Source: Proteromonas lacertae
Lineage: Eukaryota
NCBI GenBank assembly: GCA_002245135.1
Contig: NGBS01001161.1
Coordinates: 62,001 to 126,000, forward strand
Length of the DNA stretch: 64,000 nucleotides
Direction: 5' to 3'
Shown here: piece by piece, positions 39,361 through 53,257 of the stretch
How the letters are laid out: every line of letters begins with the position of its first letter
Numbering within the stretch: the stretch's first letter is position 1
Notes under the pieces: model-generated
Told to the model about the DNA's origin: nothing
What the model saw: only the letters and a program-made list of their open reading frames with translations
The model's database searches: none
Program-made: the position numbers and the translations under genes

Positions 39361-42300
39361 TTACTTACTTGCTTTCTTACTTCTACATCTCATTATCATA
39401 ACAATTGCTACACCAACAATTATACCTCCACCAATAACACATCCAATTACAATTCCAGTTATTGCACCAGAATTTGTACTGCATTCATCAATTTCAGGAA
39501 ACCATCTTGCTTCTTCATTATCAATCAATTTACATTCACGAGATTTATACCCAGAACTCATTCCTTCACATTTTTTTAATCCCAACTTTCCTACTGGAGT
39601 TTCTGGATAACCATCTTCAGCTTTACAAGATAATGGTTTAAATTCTACTTTCATTTTCACACTTGTTTCTTTAACACCATCAGATACAGTAAATGTATAT
39701 TCTTGAAGACTTTGAGCACTTTGAACCATTCCAGTTATTAATCCTGTTGTTGGATTTAATTCTAATCCTTCTGGTAATGCTATTAAAGAAATATATAAAT
39801 GAAGAATATTATTAAATACGAGGAGTTACTTTATATTCTAAGTTTTCTCCAACTGCATCAAATAATACAACATTTATTAATCCTGAAGATGAGTATGAAA
39901 CAGAAACACTTACAACTCCATCACCATCAGTTGTACTATCATCTGGTATAATGATTACTGGCTTTTCAGGCATAACAACTGTGATTCTAATATTAGCATT
40001 GGCTGTTCTACTACCTGTTATTGTTAAATGATATTCTTTTTCATTCATTCCACTTTGAGCATATCCAGATAAAAGTCCTGTTTTTACATCTAATGATAAT
40101 TTGGATGGTAAATCTATTTAAATTAAAATAAAATAAAGAAATTAATACTTGGTGTAATTATATAAGTTAAATTCTTACCAGTTACATTTAACAGTTCTTT
40201 ATTATCCATCTTATCACCTGCTGTAATTATTATACTACCAGGATTAGAAATAATAATTGGATAATCTGATATTGTCACTGATATTTTGATATCTCTTTCA
40301 GCTACTTTTTCTGTATCATTTGTAAAACATTTCACTTTATATGATGTTTCAGCTATCTCTCTCATTGTTGTCTTTCCTTTTAACATTCCATTTTCAAATG
40401 ATATACCTTCTGGTAATTTACCAACTAATTCATATTTTATATCTTTACCATAACATTTAATTATTTCATTTAATTCATAATTTTCAAAATAATATAATTC
40501 TACATTTGGACTAAATCTAGCGACTATTGGGAAATCAGAAATTGAAAATTTCACTTTGACAGAATATTCTACAAATCCATTTGAATTACTTGCTTTTACA
40601 CTGATTTCAACTGTCTCTTCTCTAAAATATTGACCAAATAATGTTCCTGTTTCACTATTAAGATGGATTCCATCAGGTAGTGTTTCAACTTCATTATAAA
40701 CAACATTTTCTCCAACTATTTTTGAGAATACTATATCTTTGAAATTATCACCTACATAAAGATCTATAGTTTCATTCAAATAAAACAAATATGGTTTATT
40801 TGAAGCAACTACTTCTAATTGTATCTTTATATCCACATCTCCATTTTCACTCTTAGCTGTAATTGTATATTCTTGTTTTGGAGTTACCTCAAGTGGTCTT
40901 CCTTGTAATTTTCCATTTGAATCAACTGTAATACCATTAATAGTTGGATTAATTGTATATTCAGTAATACTACCAAATACTGTGAATAAAACTAAATCCT
41001 TCACTGTATCTCCTGTGGTAAATGAATATTCACTTTCTTGATATGATACTATTGGTTTTTCTTTACAATTACTTGATAATTCTTCCCATTCTGGTTCAAA
41101 ACCATTTGGACAATATAATACTCTTTTTCCTGAATCACATTCCTTTGTCACTATTGAATTTGAATATGTTTCTTCAACTACACCTGCTATTGCTGCACAT
41201 TTTGTAACAGGACATATCATATATTGAATTTCTCTTATATACATAAAATACATTGCAGGTTCCCAATCAGTTAAACTTCCTACATATTCAGGAGTTGTAG
41301 TTTTAATTTTTGACATAATAGTTGTTTTCTCTTCATACAAATTTGATTTAATTGTTGGATATTCTGTTGAACCATATTTGATGTTTATATAATCATCACT
41401 CGTCTTATGTAAAACATCAGCAGTTTTATCATCATATGTTGTGTAACTTACATCCATCTTCTTAGGATGTGTAGTAGTATCAGTAATTAAATTGAATTGA
41501 TTAAATGTTCCATATGTATTTTCAGGGAATGACACTTCAACATATGGAATAACAGTATCTTTATCTGCTTTTGGAACTTCATGCTGCCAAAATGTGTTAA
41601 CTTTATCATCAAAAGCTTTAGTAGCTCTATTAAGTCCTTGTTCAGCAGATTCTATCAGTCACTGTTGTATATTGATTCAAATGAAGACAATCATCAGTAG
41701 CTAATAATAATAAATAATAGTGATATTATATATAAATACCATCCTTTAGTAATAATTTTGCCATTGAATTAACTTGTGGTTTGCCTTCTTCATTATTTAA
41801 TCTATGTAATTCAATTGCTATTGTATTTGGATTTGTTTTTATTAAATTTGATGGAATTATTAATGATATATCTTTTAAAGTATCAAATCCTTTATCTGCA
41901 AATGTATCAGCAGTTATTTCACTTCTATTATTATATTATATATATATATATATATAATATTAATATATAATACTCTGGCAAATTTCTAGTGTATATTTTT
42001 TCTCCATTTATATATAAGATAATTCCACTTTTATGACCAACATTTAGTTTTAAAGCAATTTCTTTGCTTAAATCTGGGAAATCTTTAATAAGTCTTAGAT
42101 AAACAGTTGTTGTTGAATAATCTGGTAATTCTGATAATTTATATTCAGTCCAACTCTTTTTAGCAGTTTTACTATTCCATCCTTCAGAATAAGTTGTTGA
42201 ATATTCCCACTTAGCTGATAGAAAATACAAATAAGTAACTATAATATAAAATATAGAATGAAATATATACAATCATATTCTTTCATAACTTCATATTGAC

Positions 42301-45300
42301 CCCAACTAAATCTTCCAATTGCATCTAATTTCACATGTCCTTGATATGTTTCAATATACATACAATAATCATTTGAATTTTTATCTGCGCTTATTACTTT
42401 TGATTTATATTTATCTTGTGGTAAACACATACTAATTTCATGTTGTTCATTTCCATCAAATGAAAATTGACTTATACTATAGATTTCTTCTTCTTTACTA
42501 TTCTTAAGTGAATATTCTATGCAAGATCCTACAGTTGCTGTTTTTACTTTAATTCTGTATAGTATCTTGTTTTCATTACTACATTCAGTTGTTATATTGG
42601 ATGAAATTACTTCTAACTTCAAAGTTGTTTTATATTCTCCTGCATTATTTGATGCTGTTATTGTATATTCAGTTAATGGAAATACAGCTGTTGTTTTACC
42701 ATATATTCTTCCATTTGTCGTATTAAATACCAAACCATCAGGTAATTTCTTATCTATTGTTGCTATTTCAAAATAAACTTCTGATTTTGGTGCTATATAA
42801 ATATCTTGATCAATATAGAGTTTATGGGATGATGGGTTATATGAGATAATAGGTTTTGATATTTCAAAATTCAATACATACTTCATATAGTTTTGATTTA
42901 TGGAGGTGAAATGAAGCACTTTCATTCCATTCAAATAGAAATCAGAATTCATTGTTTCGTAATTATTATAATTTGTTGATATTAGACCAGTGTATAGCAT
43001 ATATTTTCCTGGAACAAAACAGAATGATCTATGCACAGGTAAATCTCCAACTTCTTGATAATAAGTACTATATTTATCAAAAGTTGTTATACCTTTAACA
43101 TCTTGAAATCTAACACTAATTGTCTTATATTGTTTATTCCATGTTGAATCAATTATATGATACATCATTACTTCTCCATCTGCACATCCATTTACAACAT
43201 AAAATAAAACTGATTCAATGATTTGATCATTCTCTGTTACACCTTTCGCTGTTATTTTAAGGGATAATCCATTAGCTATACTTCTAGGAAATGCTGTTAA
43301 AGTAAATATCTCATTGTCATATGAAAATCCTGGCGGTAATGACTCAAATGAATATGAAATTGCCATTCCATTTTCAGTTGATAGTAAAAATTGTTCTCTT
43401 AAACCTAATGTTAATCTTAATTCAGTTGATTTTTCACCAGTCTTTATATTGGTAAAATAAATTCCATTAACTTTTAAAGTGCCTTGAATTGTGATATAAA
43501 TTGTTGATGTGTAGGTCTTATCATCACTTGAAGTTGCTATTACATTGTATTTTTGTAAAGTAATTCCTTTAGCTCCTTCTGCTGGAATTCCTGTAATCAT
43601 ACCACTGTTCTTATTGATTGATAATCCTTGTGGTAAATCAATATCTGTTTTAAATGATTTAAATGTAATTTCATTGTTATATTTCTTAACTATATTTTCA
43701 TTAATTGCTAAACCAACTGTATATGTAGCTATTGGAGTTTCATATTCAAATATTTCATTGTTTGGAACATAATAATACATGGAATCTGGTACTAATTCGA
43801 ATTTTTCTCCACCTTTCTTCTTATATTCTAAAGCAATACCACTTGGTCCATTCTGTTGAACATACATAATCTTTAAATTGTATGAGTCATCATTTAATGT
43901 AAATACACCTTGAGCTGATGTATAATTGTGACATCCACTGTTATCTACTACCAACTCATTATTAATATATAACCAACTAGCATCACTGGATGATAATTGA
44001 AACTCATATTCACCTGCATCAGCTGCTTTATTTATTCTTATATAACCTTCCCAATAAACTGCAAAATCTTGATAAAAATCTTTTCCTAAACCAGCCCATA
44101 ATATCTGTTTCTCACTTAACTCATGATTTGGATTCTTTTCTATTCTTGCGACTTCTGTTTCGGTATTACTCATTGATGTATCATATGGAGTATTACATTG
44201 TCTATCAAATGATGATATTTTCAAATAATATCCAACAATCCCATTGAATTTATGTTCTATTAGTATTTACATAAATAACTATTATAATATACCTGTAACT
44301 CTTAAGGTGAATATGACTGTATTAGTAATAGAATACTTATTTGAACATGTAAGGTGATAGGTTTTTGGAATTTCTAATTGTTCTTGTGGATTTCCTGAAA
44401 TAGAATTCTTTTTAATTTCTAAACCATTAGGAAGTGTTTCACCATCATTAAACTTACAGGTATAATCTTCTGAACCAGTTATTCTGAAATTAACTGTAGA
44501 AACAGCATCATACAATAACACAAACTCTGATTTTTCCATTGATAAGTCATAAACTGGATGAGCTTCAGAATCATCTATTAAATAGATAATATATTTAATA
44601 TGTATATACGAGTTGTGAATGATATTACTGATGGAGATTCATCACCTGGCTTTTTATATAAGAAATTGAATATCCAAGAACAAGTTTTTTTATTATATGG
44701 TATAAAAGAGAATAGTTGAATATAAACTACATGTTCTCCTGCTGATAAATCTACACTAATAGTCTTGCTTACTGTATTAGCAACACATTCTTCAGTGTAT
44801 AATTTGGGTATATCTAAATCATCTATAAATACTTTAATAATCATTCCTTCACTTATTGTAGCAATAAATTCATATTTTCCTGTATTATCAATGTCAATAT
44901 GACCTTCAAATTCAGCTGTAAATGAATAAACCTCACTTGCAGTAATACCTAATTTCTTATACCAAGTATAATAATATGAATCAGCTGCATCTAAACCAGA
45001 TAAATCTGGTATAATTTTACTGTATGATTCTCTAACTGTAACATCAATGTTATTATCATCACAATCCTTTTTATCTAAGGTATTAAATTTAACCCATACT
45101 CCATTTTTATCTTCAGCATTAACATGTTTTAATAATATTGTAGTTGTTTTAATACCAGCACCATTAGTTGCTTTAACTGTCAATGTCACATCCATATCTT
45201 CATGATAATTAGTAAAAGAAAGTATTCCTGTTTTGGAATCTATGGTAATACCTTTAGCTGAAGAAGGATCTCTCACAATGTCATATAAAACAGGTTGACC

Positions 45301-45622
45301 ATCAGCCTTACATGTGAATTGCTTATTAAATACACCAGAAATGCTTAATTCAGTAATACCACAGTCTACATATGATGGAGCAATTACATCATTTGCCATT
45401 TTTGATGTCTTTTTATATTCATAGTCATTTCTATGTTCTAAATCACTGGAGTGTGAATTTGCAACACCTGCATAAACTTTTCTCAAGTAGTAATTGCCAT
45501 GATCTCCTCTTTCAGCTGTTGTTGCTGTTGCAACTTGTCCAACTACAACACAGATAGCTATATTATAGATAAATCGTTACTATACTGAGTAATAATTCAA
45601 GATAGAATGAATAATAATTCAT
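39361..45622 (-). CDS. Large type I surface protein with PA14 domains and putative Ig (He_PIG-like) repeats
   Basis: Signal-like N-terminus; PA14 motifs (FAVYWEGYI..AGEYEFQLSSSDASWLYIN; FEGHIDIDNTGKYEF); repeated LP.GL...TG.I.G.P; C-terminal TM GAITGIVIGCVIGGGIIVGVAIVMIM and basic tail; ~8 introns, one indel near 41650. Confidence 0.82.
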
Positions 45623-46009
45623 GTTATATTTTGGCGTGTTTAGGGGGTATTGTTATAACTTCCATATTTTTAAATTGGTTTGTGTGAATTTTTGGTACTC
45701 CAAAAAATATAATATTCTAATAAGGATAATTTAAAACTGTCATAACCTGTAGGTTACATATATATGTGACTGTTCAGCTTATAAGCATTTACAGAAACAA
45801 ACGATTGGTTGTAATCTAGTGTTTTTTGTGTTAATCTTCATATAATCATGATTGTAATTACATAATTATGCTATGTATATCATTCTAAACATATATATTC
45901 TACTGATTTTTGTTATAAAGAAGTTAAAACTATTTTCATCATAACAACAAAAAATATATATAGAAATAATATATTTCCATTAATTGAATAAAATATTAAA
46001 AAAAATAAC

Positions 46010-46743
46010 TTACCACTTTCCTGAATAACGAGATTCTGGAATCTTCCAAGGATATGCTCTTCCCGGAACTGGTGGTAAACCCTTGCTAATATAATCATCA
46101 ACAATAGATCCAGCTTCTTTTTCCCACCACTATATCAATAAAACAATAAAAAATATATATAAATACTTCATGTGGTAGATGATCTGGTTCATGTGCTTTG
46201 CATAATGTCTCAAACTCTTTATCACTAATAGATTTAACAAATGGAGCTAAATCATCCTTTGTTTTTACTGAATGAATATAACCTTCTTTTGGTACAACCC
46301 ATTCTATTACTTGAATATGTTGAGCTTCTCCTGCATTCCACATATGCTTCAATTCTGCTTTATAAGAACTTGGAATATGTTTATTATCTGGATTGTAAAT
46401 AACGTTGATAACTTCTGGTCGGCATTGTTGTCTATCCAATTCATGGTGATAGTTGTATCCAACATAGGGATTTCCTTCACGTGGAACAACAGGATGTTCA
46501 TTAAATGAACGATCTCTATTAATTATTGTATAATATAAAAACAATACATTGGCGATGGATAACGAAAGCCTTTAGATATTGAACCAGGTGGATTTCTGGA
46601 AGGGATTATAAAAGTGGGATGAAATGTTACATAATCTTTAATCTAACAGCATTATATAAGTATTAAAAATATACCTTCTTGTATGTTTTATTTTTGATAA
46701 TCTTATCACAAAGCTTGTCAGCTGCTTTAAATAACTTATCCAT
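46010..46743 (-). CDS. Probable complex I accessory subunit NDUFA7/B14.5a-like protein
   Basis: Spliced reading includes GFRYPSP...NPY...and a C-terminal GLPPVPGRAYPW, recalled as similar to fungal/plant NDUFA7; similarity is weak. Confidence 0.45.
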
Positions 46744-46942
46744 TGAGATTTATGAATTGACCTATGTATTAAAAATAACACACTGTTGAATATATATAAA
46801 TATGACGAGAATAAAAAACAAGTAGAAGAAGATAAAAAGAAATTAAAAATACTCAAAAAAGCTTGAGAGGATTTGATATATCTCAGATTTTATTTCATTT
46901 TATCGTTCTATAAACAACATTTTGTATTAAGAAATCGTAAAA

Positions 46943-47644
46943 ATGGGTACTGTTACTTCAAGAACTATGCGAGCATGGAAATACAAAAATGATCGCAGGG
47001 TTTTGTTTTTAGGCTTATCAGGTTCTGGTAAAAGTTATATCTTTTTATTTGAAATTATATCTACTATCCTTAATAATGTACCAATTATATCTTTCATTAT
47101 TAATGGTAAAACACAACAAGATCTACCTAAAACTGAGACATATGTAATACATAAATACAGAACACAAGGATTGAAGTTTTATATTTGGGTATTTATAATA
47201 ATAATAATCAATAAATAGGATGTAAGTGGTTCAGATGCAGATCGTTTGCTATGGAGGCATTATTATACAGGATGCAATGTATAATAATAAAAAATATCTT
47301 AATTGAATAGGGAATAGTGTTTGTAATTGATGGAGGAGATAGTGAATCTTTGGATTTAGCTAAAAGAGAACTTGAAATATGTGTAAAAGATAATCAATTA
47401 ACTGATAGTGTAATATTAGTATTAAATAATAAATGTGATATTGAGCCACATATTACAAATGAAGAATTATCAAAGCAATTCAATTTGGAAGAGTATTTCT
47501 TATATTTTCTAATTATATATTTGTGATAGAATATGTAAAAATCATAAATATACACTTATGGAGGTATGTACAATAACAGGATATCATATAAATGATGCTG
47601 TGGATTGGATGTGTGAAAATCTGCAAGATATCCCTAATACTTAA
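46943..47644 (+). CDS. Divergent ARF-like small GTPase
   Basis: MG N-terminus, GLSGSGKS P-loop, WDVSGS...LWRHYYTG, FVID, LVLNNKCD; three GT-AG introns and one AT-AC intron. Confidence 0.88.
47037..47081 (+). other. U12-type AT-AC intron (45 nt, phase 1) in the ARL gene
   Basis: AGT T|ATATCTTTT...TATCCTTAATAATGTAC|CA; canonical TCCTTAAY branch site; removal restores GSGKSSIISFI. Confidence 0.88.
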
Positions 47645-47828
47645 TGTTTATTATAATATAAGATATATATATATATATAAATTGAATATGTATTGTGTAA
47701 TATGTTTGAAATGTTAATTTATCTAAATTACATTCTTTTTCTTTTTAATGAGCAAGTTATCTAAATATATTCTTCTCTATTTGTATGGTAAAAAAAGGAG
47801 TGTATATAATGTATATTTTAATTAAAAA

Positions 47829-49079
47829 TTAAGTTAACAAATGTAAAGGAAAGAAGCCAGGTTCGACATCAATTGGATTATCAACTTCATCTTGTAACTT
47901 AGATTCAAATGGAGGTATTACTCCATGCTCTAAACATACAGATGCAAATGCTTCTTTAGTAACAGTATCACTTAATGGATTTTTATCAATATCTAACATT
48001 TCTTTAAACATAATTAACACTATTTCTTCATTCAATTGTGTAGATTCTGATAAACAATGTTTTAATAAATCTGATAATTCACTAAGTGATAATGTCTGAC
48101 TTTGATCATAATCAAACCTTACAAATAATTCTTGTAATATAGCGCCATTTATTTGATTTTGTTTATCCCAAGCATTCATACATATTTCCAGTATATTATC
48201 TAATTCACATTTTGTTTTACTTATCATCTTCTTAGTTGTATCTCTTTCTACTTCTTCAATTTTTCTTAATTTTTCTAATAATTCATTTCTTACAGTATCA
48301 TGTAAAGGCAATCGATCAATTGCTAAAAATGGAACAGATTTTGGAAAAACTTCTAAGATTGCTTTTTTTACATTTACTGTTGGAACATAATAATAAGTTT
48401 TAGTGTTCAATGCACGAGTTAATTCTCCAAGTGTTGCTATTGGTTGATCAGAAGCTAATCGATTTAATAATCTCAAATATGCGTGACACATTCTAGGTGA
48501 ATATTTTTTACTTTCAGTTATTCCTGTTAATTTACTGAATAAAACAAATCTCTTGTGTTTAGAACCGAATTGTCTTATAAATTTAATTAATCCAATTGTA
48601 TTTTGACTAGCTACAGATTTCATACCAAATTTTCTTAAAAAATAATCGTTTATAAATTGAGGTAATGACATTCTAGCTTTACCTAGACAATCATCATGAT
48701 AATCTGCTGGTATTTTCATTCTATATATATCTTGTATCATTGTCATCACTTGTCCTGCATTAAGTTGTATAAATTCTGCATCTTCTACATTTGTGAATGA
48801 ACTCCATGGATTGGTAATGATTGATAAACTTGGTGGTCGCTTAGTTGCAGCTAATTCAGATCTTAATGAATCTACTTCATTTTTGAAAGCTAAATTTTCT
48901 GTTGTTATTTTTGTATTCTCTAATCTTAATCTATTTATATAATTATTATATTTTTATATTTTTATACTTTTTTACTTCATTTATTAATACTTCTCTTTGC
49001 TTTACCATCACTCCTTCTACTTCAATTCCTCTTTCATTTTCTTCTTGTTTATTTTGCCAATATAAAGCTTCTTCTTTCT

Positions 49080-49116
<37 letters not shown>

Positions 49117-50323
49117 ATACAGCTTCTTTTCTTTCTTCTTTTGCTTCATCTAATAATTTTGTTAATATCTGAACTCTATCTTTCATCACTAATAATTCGT
49201 GTAATCTTTTCGATTCTTCTTCATATTTATCCTTCCAAAAATCAACTTCTTTTTCTAATCTCTTAATTTGTTTCTGGAATGAATCACTCTTTAGTTTATA
49301 TAACGCTAATGAACTTGCTAATTGTTCATTTGATACTTTCTTTGATTCAGCATCTCTTCGCTTCTAAATACATAGTAAATATAGCATATTTTTATACAAC
49401 TGTTTCTTCTCCTTCATCTAATATTCGATGTGCCATTCTTTCTACAGCTGGTAATACCATTTCATCAGTCTGTGGATTCATTGGAGGTGGAGTCTTAATT
49501 CTTGGTTTCTGCTTTAGTTGATATTTTTTATGGGATTTATCTGATTTTGGTCTTTTACTATTAGTATGTCTTTTGGGACTAGAATTGGAGGAAGAAATTA
49601 CATCTTCAGTATTTTCCATTAGTGCTGATTCTTTCTCTGTTTCATCAGGTAATTCCATTGGTTTTTTGTATAATGATTGTACAGATGGTAATACACTAAT
49701 TGAAATAATAATAATAACATTATCAATACTTTGTTTTAAATATTCTTTTACCATATTCACATGATAATTTTGTATCTAACGCATGTTTATGAACTCTATT
49801 TGCTTGTTCTATTTGTTCCATGTATTTTTTCAAATTTACTTTTTCACCTGTTGGTTCTATATCCATTTTTTCAACAATTATTTTTGCTATTTCTTGATCT
49901 GTCAACGTTTGTTTTCCTTCATCGGCATACAGATCTTTAGCTGCAGCTTGCTATAAATATTATATTATCACTGTTATTATACCAAAGGAGACCCCCAACC
50001 TTCCCATAATGCTCTTTTTTCAGCCACTCTATTTTGAATAGCTACTTCTCCTCTTAATGTATTATGTATCACTTTCATATGTTCATTATCTTCTTTTTCT
50101 TTCAGATAGTCTTTTTTCATTGCAGAAATTGTCTCCATTTGTTTTTTTTCTGGTCTTGCTTCGTACCTCAATTCTTCCATATGATCCTACAATTTCAAAC
50201 TTTTATTCATACTGATATTTTTTTGTATTTATCTTTCATTACTGGATTTTCTAAAGCTACTGTTTTTTCTATTTTTAGACCTGAAACTATTTTTGTTTGC
50301 AGGTCAATATCCCTTAAACTCAT
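47829..50323 (-). CDS. Coiled-coil protein with C-terminal EF-hands (possibly flagellar)
   Basis: Multi-exon; F.NDYFLRKFG segment; EF-hand loop FVRFDYDQSQTLSLSEL. Confidence 0.6.
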
Positions 50324-50412
50324 TTTAAAAAATTAAAAATATAAAACGACTTTGCTTGAAGTAATCAAGCCTATTCAATTATATTTCTTCATATTTTTAA
50401 GAATATAAGATA

Positions 50413-51853
50413 TTAATTTAAATCCCATAGATTTCTAACTCTTTCTACTTCCTGTTTTCTAGCTACTGGTAATGGTGTACTAATTATTATTAAAAAGAAT
50501 ATAGAAATACTATTTTTCATGTTGTTCTTCCATTAATTTACATGTTTTGTATTGTAAATCAATTGTTTTATCATTAAACTCCCTAATTATCTTAACAAAT
50601 TCTACATTCTTCTCAATAATGCTAGGATCAACTAAAGAATAAACTGCATCATCTTCACATTTATTCATTTTACTAATAGATTCAGAAATATTGTTTAATA
50701 TCGGTAGAATTTTCAACATATATTCTTTATTATTCATCTCTTTAAACAAGATGTAACATTCAGAACTGTTAGGTCTACTTGTTATTGGTTTATAAATACT
50801 CCAATACTTGAATATTGGAATTATAATATACAACAACGAAGTCATCAAAATTGATCTACAACCAAAACATTTACATATAACAATATTATCTTCAATTTTT
50901 GATATTTGAATACTAATATTTAATTCACAAATAAAAAGTTGAAACAATTTCAAATATGTCTCAGAATAATTATCATTTAATGCTCCATCACATGTTATTA
51001 AATTTACTCCATCTTTATTCTCCTCTAAAATTTTTTGAACAAAATATTCCCTATTATTTTGATCTGTTATATCACCATTACATTTTTCATTATTATTTCC
51101 ATAAATAATTTGAAATTTGGATGTTGAATATTTAATCTTATTTGAATAATTCTCATTCTCAAAATACCAATTATATGATTTTTCATTTTCTTTTATATTT
51201 CTATCTATTTTCAATGTTATACCATAACCTTTACAATCTTTTATTTTATATTTATCACATGCTGAGAGTATATATTCTATAAAACCACCTGGTCCTCCAC
51301 ATACATCAGCATATCTAAATGATTCAGTTGATGAAGTTAAAAAGTGTAATAAATAATTAAATTCTACTAACTTTAATGCTGATCTATTGATAAATCCACC
51401 TTTTTGAAGTGAAGAAAAAGGATTACAATGATCTCTAATTGAACAATAATCTCTCTTTTCAAAATCTTTGAAATAATTATGAAATGATGATAATTCTGAT
51501 AAAATTTCAGGTTTAGAATATAACTATCATTGTATAATGACTATTTATTATATATACAGGTATTGAATTGGATATATATTCTTTTAAACTAATTAATTCA
51601 ACATTTGGTTCTTCAATAACTGATGAATTATGCCACTTAATCGGTTCAGGATTATATCTACCTAAATAAAAATAAAATTGCTTATATTTACTATATACAA
51701 TTAAGCTTTTTACGTTTATTGGATGTATTTTTATAAATGAGTGGTCTTTTAGTATATTCAGATAAATATTCCTATAAATTCATTTATATATATTCCTTCA
51801 AATTAATGATATTATTTTTATACCTCTACAGTATCAGGTAATGATTCTATCAT
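50413..51853 (-). CDS. CMTR1: FtsJ-type cap 2'-O-ribose methyltransferase (CMTR1-like)
   Basis: FINRSALKLVE, YADVCGGPGGFIEY, LITCDG, CKCF, KPITSRPNSSECY (K-D-K-E tetrad). Confidence 0.85.
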
Positions 51854-51920
51854 GTTTTTTAATTTCTTGGTTAATCAAAAGAGTTATCAGGAGCACCCCA
51901 AATTAAAATCTATTAAATAC

Positions 51921-53187
51921 ATGCAATCTCCTCACATTGATGATCCAAATTCCCCAGAAACGGTACAAATTGTTGATAGCAATGAGAAAAATGTAAGTGA
52001 AATGGATGTATTCGCTTATATGTGCAGAGATCGACTAACTGAAACAGAAAAAGAAAATTATTATGAAAGAGCGAAAGATATTGTTGAACAAAACATGTTA
52101 GATGATCCAGATTTTTGCAATAAAGGGAATGGAAGACAAAAAGAAGATGAAGCTTATTATTTAGAAATGGAAGAAAAAACTCATGAAGCAGAGAGTAAAA
52201 TATTTATGGAAGAAGAATTAACAAATGCTTGTGATACGTTGCTGTCAATAATGCAGACTATTCGCTCAATTCTAGTTCCTCCTCATAAAGAAACATCTTC
52301 AACAACAGAAACAATCACCTCACCATCCCCATCAACACCTATGAGTGATTCATTCGATGATTCAGAAAACATAAATAATAGTGATTCAATCGGAGTAGAT
52401 TTTACAGGAACATTATTAATAAACAGTATATCAACAGATGAGGAATTTACACTTGATTTGACTCCAGGAACAAATAATATTCTACAAGGTAAAGTAAAAA
52501 TAAGAGGATGTAATATAATTGAAGGGAAAATCGTTATAGAAGATTCTAGATATTTACACACACCTGCTCATTTTTCAATATCACCAGCATTACCATATTC
52601 ATTATTTCAACTAAAAGATTGTAAAAATTATGTGACAAAAATAACATTCATTTTAAACCATTTAAAAAAACATGATTCAACACTCTCAACAACTGAGATT
52701 GGTACAGTATTTATTTATTATTTTATTTTATATAGCAAATTGCAGATATTCGATTAACAATACAACAAGCAGAGACAGTTTTATTAAACAGATATCAGTA
52801 TTCACCATTATCTCCTTTTACAGTATCTAATTCGAATACATCTTTTAAAGTTGGAGCTAATGAGACAGCTATTGTTGATTTTTCAGTATTTTCTTATATA
52901 CATATTAATTATATTTTATTTTGATTTAGATATTTAGAGCTTGTCTGAGAGTTGCTGTTGTATTTCTATCAGATAATATAAATTCAACAAAAATCAATCC
53001 AAATACAGATCCTTTGAAAGGATCAATTGTTCATTCAAATGTAATGCTTAAAAGTAAAGTATATCATGTTGAAGATGAGTTGTACTTCTGTTATAATGTA
53101 AAGAACTTGTTTAAAGTATCAGAATTGTTACATACTGCACATTTGCTGATTGATGTTCTACAGAATAACTATAATAATGTATTTTAG
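51921..53187 (+). CDS. ROGDI: Rogdi/Rav2-like protein
   Basis: Helical N-terminus, LQGKVKIRGCNIIEGKI, YSLFQLKDCKNY, IRLTIQQAETVL, IVDFSIFRACLRVAV match the Rogdi layout; two introns; in-frame upstream ATG at 51852. Confidence 0.65.
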
Positions 53188-53257
53188 CTGTTTTTTTGTT
53201 TTTGTACAGAACTTTATAGAAAAATCAATACATTTCTTGAAATTTCTTCTATTGTTT

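Noticed and set aside
39300..39365. Blastocystis-type stop codons completed by polyadenylation (TGTTTGTT on the minus strand at ~39305-39312)
   Set aside because: The motif lies ~50 nt after a genomic TAA, and every gene whose 3' end I resolved has an encoded stop.
45745..45830. Intergenic multi-hairpin as a tRNA or snRNA
   Set aside because: No T/D-loop, Sm-site context or snRNA motif recognised; stems are short and AT-rich.
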